Assembly: GCA_913056395.1 (NCBI GenBank)
Contig: CAJXMG010000006.1
Coordinates: forward strand, 34,408 to 98,407
Direction: 5' to 3'
DNA from: an uncultured bacterium
Lineage (GTDB): Bacteria > Planctomycetota > UBA8108 > UBA1146
Length of the DNA: 64,000 nucleotides
Translations under genes and position numbers: made by a program
Notes under the pieces: generated by a model
Databases searched by the model: none
What the model saw: the letters and a program-made list of their open reading frames with translations, nothing else
Told to the model about the DNA's origin: nothing
In this document: positions 38,150 to 47,055 of the stretch, piece after piece
How the letters are laid out: every line of letters starts with the position of its first letter
Numbering within the stretch: position 1 is the stretch's first letter

Positions 38150-41002
38150 ATGGGCCTTGCTGTTGTTTCTCGCCTGCAGAGATGGAGCCTGCTGCTGGGA
38201 ATCGTACTGATCCCCCTGCTCTCTTTTCCTGCGTGGAGTCAATCTCCTGCAGGAGGGCAAACAGACACTCTCGATCCCGCACTCCGAAGCATTGTTCGAC
38301 TGATTCTTGAAAAGCCCGATGATGAGAAAGTGGTCATCAGTGCTGGCCAATGGTCCCGGTCAAAGAATCGATCCCGCGAACTTTTCGAAGCCGTTCTTTG
38401 GCAAGCTCGTCAGCAACAAAGCGATGCGCTGTATCACTTCTGTGCCCGATTCCTGTTACAGGAGGGGGACCCTCTCAGGGCCATTTCCGTTCTGGAAGAG
38501 GGTTGCGACATTCCTGAGTCGAGTCGCTGCCCCCATGCTCTCGGTCGAATCTTGCTTCAGGGTGGCTGGGTTGAGGCAGTCCAATCGATCCGCAGCACCC
38601 ACGGTGTCGACGCCTGGACCGGGATACTCCTTCAATTGTTTTCCGGTATCGAAATCAGCAACGATACAGTTCCGGAAGTCACTGCCAGTGATCGGGATTA
38701 CCTGATCCGGACCTTCCCCAGACTGAACCTCTGCCGTGAAGGTGCGCGACTCCTCGAATTACAGGAAGATCCTCAGGCCGCACTTTCGATCCTGATTCGG
38801 GGAGGTGATCTTCCCGGCATTGAAAAATTGCTCTCACGGGAACCCGGCCTTCTTCAAGAAATCTCACCAGAGGAAATCCTGCCCATCGCCCGACTTCGGG
38901 GTCAATTGCCCAACGATCTGTTCATACCAAGATCCGTGGCGACGAAATGGAAATCATCCATGGGTTTCGAAGAAGCCCGGTCCGGCTCCATCATGCAAAA
39001 CGCTCCGGAGTCCCGGCTGTTTCAATCCCTGAATGTTGCTTGCCAGAATGGGGACGCCACTCTGGCACGCAAGATCTGGATCAGTCTCGAACTGCTGCTC
39101 CCACCGTTACAAGCCTATCCGGCTCTCAATCCACGCTGGGAAGAGATGCTCGGCCCGACTCTGGCACCGTGGACCAATCCAGTGGCGATTGCTGTAACAA
39201 TGGGAGACGTGAGCGATCCAATCGCTGCAACTCTCTGTAGACGAGCAATGCTTTACTCCGAGCCTGGCAGTGAGACGGAAGCTCGCCTGTGGTTTCATGC
39301 CGGGCGATTGTCCTCCATAGTTTCGGAAGTTGAGCGAGCACGGAGGATCCTCCCGACCGGACGCTTTCGCAGGCCGACCTCCTTCAGCGGAATCAGTCTC
39401 ACTGCTCCTCTTGGAGCAACAGAGCTTCCCCTCTCCTGGCCACCGCCGATCGCCCTTCGTCCTTCGACCGATTCGGTAGTGGGTGAACTCGATGGCGCAC
39501 CTCTTCGTGCCCCTGAATTGGATTTCTCAACTGAACAGTGGGTTCTCTCAGACTGGCAGATGACACCCGCCTCATCCCTGCACCCCCCGAGACAAACCGG
39601 GAAGGGTGAAATGGAACTGGGTTTGACAGACAGCAGTGGACGCCCGGTCATCATTCGTGGTGATAAAAACCACTGGTCCATACTGATGGACGGAGTTGAA
39701 ACACAACGTCTTCAAGCTTCAGATGATCACTCCCTCTTTGATCAGAACGGAATACCTCGCATCGAGTTGTTGCAACGGATCATCAATCCGTGCCCCCCTC
39801 AGCTGAGCACCGATATCAATTGGGAAAAATGGCCGACTTCCTTGCGCCAATTTGTCCACGCATGTGGAAAATACCTGCGTAACGGTGAGTGGGTCCGCCA
39901 TGTAAAACTGCAAAAAACGGCCACTGAACTTATCGTCCAGGTGGGACCGATAATCGGGACCTTCGTCTCCCCCTCTTCTGCCCCACTCGCAAGCAACAGG
40001 AACTCGATTCAGCACTCTCAACCCCTGCTGCTGCCAGTTTCGAAGGCGACACCTGATTCCCCCATTGGAATCGCTCCACTCGGCCCCAGTGCCACTCTGA
40101 TTGAGCAGATTCACCGAAGTTCAGGTGTCACTTCCACCGCTCTCACTCAACCCTGCCTGATCCCACCCGGTGAAGAGCTGCTATCCGTAACGGGGACTGA
40201 TGACCAGCTGGCGATCACTCGCTCCGGCAAGATAGCCTGGATCTCCGACCGATCCGTACTGCCCTCGGTCTGGTGGCCTTTGCTCAATACCCCTTTACCG
40301 GGAAACGTCGGTCTTCCTCCTCTTCCCAGGGACGTACATCCTCCGATTTATCCGTGGGCGGATGCGGTGACTCCCCGGGTCAGGGAAACCCGTTGCGCGG
40401 ACGGCAGTGTTTTTCTGGTGATCGCCCAGCCTCTTCTTCGAGTTGACCGCCAAGGGCCCCAACTGCTGACATGGCCGTCCTCTCTCGATGAAAAATGCAC
40501 CAGTGCCCAATTGCTCGACAACGAGGGCAAGGTTCCGGCTTCCGCCTCCGAGCCACTCGCCCCATGGTTCATCGATTCAGAAAGCCGATTTCTTTATGGC
40601 CCTTCTTTTCAACAGGCCCTGCCCGCCGAGGGGGCCTATTCCCTTCACGGTCACCCGCAGGGCCCCCTCGTCCTCGGTCAGCACCGGGGTGAAACCTGGC
40701 TCGCCCTGTGGAAAGAGGGTGATTGGATTTTCCTCGACCTGCCACCCCTGCCCGGCGAAAGGGATCGTCCCTTCCTGCGAGCAGCCGCCATCGAGGTGAT
40801 CGGTGATCAGATTCTGTTGGTTGCGGATCGGCTCTGGCGATTAACTCCTCAACAGTCTCCCGAACCTCTGATTCCCTCCCCCGATCCCGGAGCCTATCGG
40901 GCGGTCCACTGGGTCCAGCCTTCACCTCAGGTCAGTGGTGATCGGGTCCTCATCCAGCGCCCCTGGGGAGTGGAGCAGGTTTGGAGTTTCAGCGATGAAT
41001 AG
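38150..41002 (+). CDS. Large (950 aa) secreted hypothetical protein within the MoxR-DUF58-VWA operon.
   Basis: Signal peptide (LLLGIVLIPLLSFPAWSQSP). No motif I can assign. Tightly packed between moxR (4-nt gap) and the DUF58 gene (overlap ATGAATAG). Confidence 0.5.
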   Translation: MGLAVVSRLQRWSLLLGIVLIPLLSFPAWSQSPAGGQTDTLDPALRSIVRLILEKPDDEKVVISAGQWSRSKNRSRELFEAVLWQARQQQSDALYHFCARFLLQEGDPLRAISVLEEGCDIPESSRCPHALGRILLQGGWVEAVQSIRSTHGVDAWTGILLQLFSGIEISNDTVPEVTASDRDYLIRTFPRLNLCREGARLLELQEDPQAALSILIRGGDLPGIEKLLSREPGLLQEISPEEILPIARLRGQLPNDLFIPRSVATKWKSSMGFEEARSGSIMQNAPESRLFQSLNVACQNGDATLARKIWISLELLLPPLQAYPALNPRWEEMLGPTLAPWTNPVAIAVTMGDVSDPIAATLCRRAMLYSEPGSETEARLWFHAGRLSSIVSEVERARRILPTGRFRRPTSFSGISLTAPLGATELPLSWPPPIALRPSTDSVVGELDGAPLRAPELDFSTEQWVLSDWQMTPASSLHPPRQTGKGEMELGLTDSSGRPVIIRGDKNHWSILMDGVETQRLQASDDHSLFDQNGIPRIELLQRIINPCPPQLSTDINWEKWPTSLRQFVHACGKYLRNGEWVRHVKLQKTATELIVQVGPIIGTFVSPSSAPLASNRNSIQHSQPLLLPVSKATPDSPIGIAPLGPSATLIEQIHRSSGVTSTALTQPCLIPPGEELLSVTGTDDQLAITRSGKIAWISDRSVLPSVWWPLLNTPLPGNVGLPPLPRDVHPPIYPWADAVTPRVRETRCADGSVFLVIAQPLLRVDRQGPQLLTWPSSLDEKCTSAQLLDNEGKVPASASEPLAPWFIDSESRFLYGPSFQQALPAEGAYSLHGHPQGPLVLGQHRGETWLALWKEGDWIFLDLPPLPGERDRPFLRAAAIEVIGDQILLVADRLWRLTPQQSPEPLIPSPDPGAYRAVHWVQPSPQVSGDRVLIQRPWGVEQVWSFSDE

Positions 41003-41822
41003 TCGGCAGCAAGACTTTCCCGAATCACTTCTCTCCAGACTTCGCTGGCGTCAACGCTGGGGAAACCAGGTGCCCGGTGACCACCCTTCACTCCGAACTG
41101 GAGAAGGGGGCGACTTTGCCGGGCATCGCCGTTGGCAAAGTGGTGAAGATCTTCAGCATTTGGATCTTCATGTTTGGCAAAGACTTCGCCAAAGATGGAT
41201 TCGGGAATACCGGCAGGAAGCGGATGAACCCCTGCATGTCATCCTCGATTCCGCACCTTCTCTTGTCTTCGGCGAACGGGCCACAGCCTTGCAAATCTTG
41301 AGAACTCTCTTGAAAGGTGTTGCCAAAAAATCCCGGGTTCCCCACAGGGAATGGATCATCCGCGGAAAGAGTCTCGAGACGCTCAATCCATCAACCCTGC
41401 AAGACCCACCGGAAAGGGTTTCACTGAGTGAGATTTTGCCCTATTTCCCCCGGAGTCTGTCTCAGGGGCGAGTGATCATCATCAGTGATCGTTTGACCTT
41501 CGACGAGTTGTCCGACTGGTCCGGCTCAATACCCATCCGTTACCTGCAGTGGTGGTCCCTGTTACTCGAGGAGGAATCAAACCCGGAATGGACCGGTGAT
41601 CTCCAGTTGACCGAACCGGGAGGGAAGTTCTGGAAAAGTTATTTTAATCCGTCACTCCTCCAGCAATATCAACAACTCTATCGATACCAGTTTCGGATAC
41701 TGCAGGATTGGCTCCAATCGAGGGGTGGTTTTCATCTGAAAGTTACCGCTGTCTCATCTGCAGCCCATATTCTAGGTGAACTGACCGGATCCCGCGGCCC
41801 CATGGAGGTGGTCTCCGGATGA
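40995..41822 (+). CDS. DUF58-family protein (MoxR partner).
   Basis: Matches the DUF58 motif G.G.DF...R.Y..GDD.R.IDW: here GEGGDFAGHRRWQSGEDLQHLDLHVWQRL. Start at ATG 40995 overlaps the upstream stop. Confidence 0.7.
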   Translation: MNSRQQDFPESLLSRLRWRQRWGNQVPGDHPSLRTGEGGDFAGHRRWQSGEDLQHLDLHVWQRLRQRWIREYRQEADEPLHVILDSAPSLVFGERATALQILRTLLKGVAKKSRVPHREWIIRGKSLETLNPSTLQDPPERVSLSEILPYFPRSLSQGRVIIISDRLTFDELSDWSGSIPIRYLQWWSLLLEEESNPEWTGDLQLTEPGGKFWKSYFNPSLLQQYQQLYRYQFRILQDWLQSRGGFHLKVTAVSSAAHILGELTGSRGPMEVVSG

Positions 41823-44791
41823 CCATCGAATGGGTAACCCCCTCCTGGATCTGGGCCTTGATTCCATTGCTCTCCATCGGGTGGTGGTTTCTCCGTCGTG
41901 GAGAAGGTTCCTCCTCAATCAGAAACGTTGCCTCTCTCCAACTCTGGGACCGTCTCAAGGTGGTCGCCCCGCCGAACAATCACTGGTTCACTCTTCTCCC
42001 AGTGTTACTCCTCGGCCTCTTGGCAGGTGGCCCACGACTGTTGGAATCTTCAAATCAAATTGAGGTCGGGTGGACCCGATCCCTGACCGGGGACATCCGT
42101 CTCGATATACACAGCAGTGATGATCTTGAAGAAATTCAGCTGCAATCCCCAAACAACCCGCCAGTCTCTTTGGCATTTGAGAGCACTCTGGGCAGAACAT
42201 CGATTTGGCTCCCTGAAACTCCTTCTGATAGCACCCTCAGGATTCGCAGTAGCAACGGTGAACGCACCATCCCTCTTCCAGCCATGCCCCAGAAGACTCG
42301 CGTTTCCTATCAGGGTGATTCCCCTGCCATGATCTCACTGCTGAGCGCCCTCGAGATGGAGGGTTGGATCGAAAGGGTGCAGGTCGATGATCCCAAGGCG
42401 GCCAGCGTCATCATCGGCCCATACCCTGTAGAGGTCAGTGACTCTTCCAATCTTCCCCACATTGCATTTAGTGAAGAGGGGCAAGAGATTTTTCTCCCCC
42501 TGATCGCTCCCCCCCTCCCTGGAGAGACTCTCTTTGAAGGGATCGATCCGGGTTCATGGACGGTGACCACAGCTTTCGTGGTACCTGAAGGCAGGCCTCT
42601 TCTCAAAACTGCCACGGGTCTTCCGCTGATCAGCCGTACCGCCCGTGGATTTGCATGGGGATTTCATCCGGGCTCGGGAGATCTGGCTGATCGATCCGAT
42701 TGGCCCATCCTGATGATCAGGATGCTGATCGAGTTATCGAACTCGGAGGTTACAGCGGTTTCCAACCCCCAATGGGGATTCCTGCACTTCACCCTGACCG
42801 GAACCGTTTTGCTCACCCTGATTCTCTGGGCCCTGAATGGAATCTCTCTGTGGCCATTCATATTGTTGATTGCCTGCTCCATTCTCATCGGCAACCGAAC
42901 GACTGACGTGGCCTGGTCCGATCTTTCAAAGCGGTCCACTCAACAAACAGACTCCGGTTCCTTTCCCCTGGGAACCCGAATTGTTTTTCAGGAATTAGAC
43001 CCCATCCCCCATCCCAAATGGTTGCACTCCCTTGCACAAAAAGGCCTCGGCTGGACTGTCGAGAGATCGAATCCCACTCCTCGCCAACCGTGGTCGCTTA
43101 CTAATAGCATTACCCCCCCTGGAACGCCGATCACTGTTTATGGAGATATTCCTGAGGGCGAGTGGAAACTGACTTCCCCTTCAGGGGTAGAGGAATCTCT
43201 GGAGTGGCCTGTACAAAAAAGTGAACCGGGACTCTGGAGTGTGGTCGGTCCTGATGGGAGTCAGGACTCGTTTCTCATCCTCAACCCCATACCAGTCACA
43301 TTGGCCCTCTCAGAATACTCCTCAATGGAGTCACTTTTTCAGGATCCCCGTTTCAAGACTACGTTTCTGAAATCCGGTGAATCCCTTCCTGATCCCGGTG
43401 CGGGCAGAGTTCTTGCATGGCATGGTCAGGCTCTGCCAGAAACGATTTTGGCAGAGCTTCCGTCATGGATCGAATCTGGCGGAGTTCTGTTGGCAGCCGC
43501 GGGCGATCATGATTGCGACGACAAGAGAACCCTTGAGGTTCTCGAAGAGATTCTCTCAGCTCCTCTGCCCCCCATGGAGGAGCAGGAACTGGACATGGGT
43601 GTCATACTCCTCGACCTTTCCGGAAGTCTCATCGGTAAATCGGCAACGACTCTTCTGGAGTCGACTGTCGCCATTCTTGACACTTCCCATACCGGATTGC
43701 GTTGGGGTGTCGCTGGATTCCGAACCGACGTGGAATGGCTTCTGGAACCGGGAACCCCGGTCGATTCAGGGACCGCCGGATTGCTGGAGGGGGAAATTCG
43801 TTCCGGCGGAGGAACTCGCCTGGGTCATGCACTCCAACAGATCACCCCAGAATTGAAACAGCATGATGGTTCGAAGCGCCTGCTCGTGTTGACGGACGGA
43901 CGCACTGTTCCAGCAAACTGGTCAGAGATCGGAAAAGCACTGTCTAAAGCGGGGATTCAACTGGAGATTCTTCTGATCGGTGAATCTGTCGACCGCAACG
44001 CCGCCGAGGAATTGATCCGCACTTCCGGAGGCTCTCTGGAATGGGCTGCGACAACCACGGAGGCTTTGGAAAAAATTTCAGCATGGATCCCCGAAGATCT
44101 TCCCGGTTGGAAGAAAACAGCCCCTCCCCTGATTCAGAATGAAGCCTCTCCATTGGTCAGTGGATTGTCAGCCCCCCTGTCACTCCCCAGGCAAATCCTT
44201 GACCCCGGTGAATTGGACTCCCATCTACATACCTCGACTGAGGTCTGGACAGATCGTGAAGACAACAGGATTCTTTCCAGTCGCTCCACGGGGCTGGGAC
44301 AGGCCCTATTGTGGTGGTCCAGTTTCGAAGCTTCCAGATTGGGAGAATCGGCGTCTCCTCTCATCCAGGGACTTCGGGATGTACTGGCCACCGCTGCGGG
44401 CAGAAAAGCCCAGCGAGAGATTGCCAGTGGTCTCGTTCAAAACCCGGATGGAATGACAACTCTGGTTCTCAAACGGGAATTTGGGGAAGGCGCCATTTTG
44501 GATCCCGTGAGTATCTCCAGTACAAACTTGTCCGCTGCAAGACTGGCACTGGTCGCCGATCCGGGTATGAGTTACTTCAACACGGAATCCTTTGTCGACC
44601 GAAAGGCCGCCCATTGGACTTCAGGATCTCTCAGTGGAATTGCCACAGGGTTGAAATGGCGGCAGACCGAGAGCAACCCCTGGCTGGGGATCTCAGCTGA
44701 GTGCAAGCCCAGCCCCGGAGGCCAACCCTGGCCCCCCTTGCTCATTGCCGCCGCACTGGCATGGATCAGCAGCCGAGGCCGTCAGCGGTAG
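41819..44791 (+). CDS. BatA-like N-terminal transmembrane domain plus von Willebrand factor A (VWA) domain protein, 990 aa.
   Basis: N-terminus WIWALIPLLSIGWWFLRRG...HWFTLLPVLLLGLLAG resembles aerotolerance-regulator BatA_N. VWA-like region DLSGSLIGKS...LLVLTDGRTV...GIQLEILLIGESVD. Additional TM helices mid-protein and at the C-terminus. Confidence 0.7.
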   Translation: MTIEWVTPSWIWALIPLLSIGWWFLRRGEGSSSIRNVASLQLWDRLKVVAPPNNHWFTLLPVLLLGLLAGGPRLLESSNQIEVGWTRSLTGDIRLDIHSSDDLEEIQLQSPNNPPVSLAFESTLGRTSIWLPETPSDSTLRIRSSNGERTIPLPAMPQKTRVSYQGDSPAMISLLSALEMEGWIERVQVDDPKAASVIIGPYPVEVSDSSNLPHIAFSEEGQEIFLPLIAPPLPGETLFEGIDPGSWTVTTAFVVPEGRPLLKTATGLPLISRTARGFAWGFHPGSGDLADRSDWPILMIRMLIELSNSEVTAVSNPQWGFLHFTLTGTVLLTLILWALNGISLWPFILLIACSILIGNRTTDVAWSDLSKRSTQQTDSGSFPLGTRIVFQELDPIPHPKWLHSLAQKGLGWTVERSNPTPRQPWSLTNSITPPGTPITVYGDIPEGEWKLTSPSGVEESLEWPVQKSEPGLWSVVGPDGSQDSFLILNPIPVTLALSEYSSMESLFQDPRFKTTFLKSGESLPDPGAGRVLAWHGQALPETILAELPSWIESGGVLLAAAGDHDCDDKRTLEVLEEILSAPLPPMEEQELDMGVILLDLSGSLIGKSATTLLESTVAILDTSHTGLRWGVAGFRTDVEWLLEPGTPVDSGTAGLLEGEIRSGGGTRLGHALQQITPELKQHDGSKRLLVLTDGRTVPANWSEIGKALSKAGIQLEILLIGESVDRNAAEELIRTSGGSLEWAATTTEALEKISAWIPEDLPGWKKTAPPLIQNEASPLVSGLSAPLSLPRQILDPGELDSHLHTSTEVWTDREDNRILSSRSTGLGQALLWWSSFEASRLGESASPLIQGLRDVLATAAGRKAQREIASGLVQNPDGMTTLVLKREFGEGAILDPVSISSTNLSAARLALVADPGMSYFNTESFVDRKAAHWTSGSLSGIATGLKWRQTESNPWLGISAECKPSPGGQPWPPLLIAAALAWISSRGRQR

Positions 44792-46721
44792 GATCTGGAC
44801 CCGGGGTACCCACCGGCGGTGGGATGACCACGGTCCCCTCAAACAGGTACTGCAGGAGAAACACGGCGTCGGAGATGTCCAGAGCGCCATCATCATTGGC
44901 GTCACCGGAATCAGGGCAGACCAGAGAAGTCACCGACCCAAAGAGGAACTCGAGCATCATGATGGGATCCGAGATGTCGGTGGTTCCATCGCCATTCGGA
45001 TCTCCGCGCAGGAAATCGTTATTGGAGGTCGGCGGTGGCAAAGTGGCACCGCCTTCATTCCCCGGACTTCCCAAATCACCTGATCCAAACGCTTGTTGAG
45101 ATGCACTCCAGGAGGAAGCGGCACCGGGCGCCGTCGTCAATAGATCCGACAACTCGCACGACTGTCCTGCAGCGTAAGGGAAAGTTCCCGAAGTGTAATT
45201 CACACGGGTATGTTCCAACCCCTGATCATCCAGGAGTACCACTTCATCGACACTGTTGGCCAGAATGAAGGAACTGTAGATATAGTCCGCATTCACCCCG
45301 CCATTGACAGTCACGTCACCGGATCGGGCAAAAACCAGAAAACCCAGTGGCGGAATAACCAAACCTCCGGGCGCAGAGATCAGATGAAAATCGGTGTCGT
45401 CATCTCTCAGGGTCCAGCCATTGAGGTCAACAGCGTCCGCTCCCCTGTTGAAGATTTCGAGCCACTCCCCTGTGGAATCACCCACAGCCTGCGGATTGGC
45501 CATCACTTCTGATATCACCAGATTTACATCCCCCGGATTGGGTGGATTGCCCCCGCAAGCAGTCCCGGTGATGGCCGTTCCTGAAGCAGAAGCACTGGCA
45601 GAACTTTGATTTCCTGAGAGGTCGGTCGCTGTCACCTGGTAATGATAGGCCACGCCACCTGTCACAGTGGTATCGGAGAAGGCACTGAGAGAGGTACTTC
45701 CAACAGCACTAAAGGGACCTGCAGCAGAAGTCGAACGAAAGACGGTGTAACTTGCCAGATCTGCTTCAGTATTGTCGGCCCAATCGAGAATCAACTCACA
45801 GGTAGCGGCTGTGACCAGAGGCGTCGCCGGAGCCGCTGGAGGAGTGGTGTCAGTGGTAGGACAAGTCCAAATTTGACACACAAATTCGGGGTGATCGATA
45901 AAAGGATTTCGATTCCCCTGGTAGTCAAAGATCACATCGTTGCGATTTTGCTCAGCCACACTGACAGGATCTTCCAAATGCCACTCCAAAAGCACTGAAA
46001 GGAGCCCCATATAAGCTACAGACTGATTTTGATTCGTATTGGAAACGATCAGGCTGCGGTTATCCGTGATTCGCAAGTCTGGCTCGCTGCAACCGGTGAT
46101 CGAGTGATTACCACCTTCATAGCGCATGTCCATGTAGAAGATGTTGCGGGCAACATCCCCGCGTCTGTCTTCCCATGTCTCCCATGATCCTGTGCTGCCG
46201 AATCCACTGGAGAAGTTGGAAAAAGCGGTTCCCTCAGCAACAAAGGATTCACAGTTGGCGGAAGTGCACCAATCGTAGGGTCTGTTGCCTCTGGCAGAAT
46301 TGTAACTTGGACTGGCAGCCCTTAACTGGTGCAAATCGGTGTAGGGGTAATTACAACCGTTGTCATTGGTGTAGCCGAAGGAAGAAGGCCAGGTGTGCTC
46401 CCGATTCCAACCGATACTGGTGTTTTGTTCTGTCCGTAAAACAGAAGTGTTTCGGTAGATAGTGATCAGTCTGGAAGGATCGTTCGGGTCCTGCTCACTG
46501 ATCCCCAAAACATCCCAGGTATCGGTAGCGGAGCTGGTGTAAGGCAGTCGCTGATGGTCATCCACGATCTCGTGAAGAGCGAGCCTGAGAGACTCTCCGG
46601 TCAATCCGGTGGCGGACGAGTAATACCCGGGAGGAGGATCCGCAAAGGCGACATTCCACCCCAGAAGCCCGATGATTCCCACCATTAACGAGAGTCTGCA
46701 TGTCTTGAAAATAAAGCGCAT
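44766..46721 (-). CDS. Secreted endonuclease I family DNase fused to a fibronectin-III-like domain, a lamin-tail domain (LTD) and a C-terminal dockerin-like module.
   Basis: Signal peptide. Endonuclease_1-like WNREHTWPSSFGY...DLHQLRAASPSYNSARGNRPYDW. FN3-like segment. LTD NLVISEVMANPQAVGDSTGEWLEIFNRGADAVDLNGWTLRDDD. C-terminus FLRGDPNGDGTTDISDPIMMLEFLF...NDDGALDISDAVFLLQYLFEG...PGPDP...GC. Confidence 0.75.
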   Translation of the reverse strand: MRFIFKTCRLSLMVGIIGLLGWNVAFADPPPGYYSSATGLTGESLRLALHEIVDDHQRLPYTSSATDTWDVLGISEQDPNDPSRLITIYRNTSVLRTEQNTSIGWNREHTWPSSFGYTNDNGCNYPYTDLHQLRAASPSYNSARGNRPYDWCTSANCESFVAEGTAFSNFSSGFGSTGSWETWEDRRGDVARNIFYMDMRYEGGNHSITGCSEPDLRITDNRSLIVSNTNQNQSVAYMGLLSVLLEWHLEDPVSVAEQNRNDVIFDYQGNRNPFIDHPEFVCQIWTCPTTDTTPPAAPATPLVTAATCELILDWADNTEADLASYTVFRSTSAAGPFSAVGSTSLSAFSDTTVTGGVAYHYQVTATDLSGNQSSASASASGTAITGTACGGNPPNPGDVNLVISEVMANPQAVGDSTGEWLEIFNRGADAVDLNGWTLRDDDTDFHLISAPGGLVIPPLGFLVFARSGDVTVNGGVNADYIYSSFILANSVDEVVLLDDQGLEHTRVNYTSGTFPYAAGQSCELSDLLTTAPGAASSWSASQQAFGSGDLGSPGNEGGATLPPPTSNNDFLRGDPNGDGTTDISDPIMMLEFLFGSVTSLVCPDSGDANDDGALDISDAVFLLQYLFEGTVVIPPPVGTPGPDPTADGLGC

Positions 46722-47055
46722 GCTTGCGATCCCTTCGTCCTTTGTTTCCGGAACAATCTTCTGCCTGGCGGGAATATCTACGGGAGGTCAAAGTTGGCAG
46801 AATTTCGCCAACAAACCGTCTAGGAGTATTTTACACAACAAAGAGCCCCCATCGACCAGATCAGGACTCCCTAAACTGACCAAACTAACAAAAGTCCATT
46901 GTATCCATTTTGTAAGGTTTACAAAGCCTGCTAGTAAAGTTATCATTAAACGGAAATACGGGATCTATCCAGAGGACGCCCACCAGAGGGCGCCCATGAG
47001 GTTTTTGGAGCCCGTCTCCTTGTTGATACACCTGTTGTCCGCACAAGAAGAGGAT

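Noticed and set aside
36311-38350. Long minus-strand ORFs opposite the MoxR-operon genes (36311..36976, 36438..37361, 36973..37479, 37358..38350).
   Set aside because: They are antisense shadows of well-supported plus-strand genes (MoxR Walker motifs etc.) and are Arg/Pro/Ser-rich.
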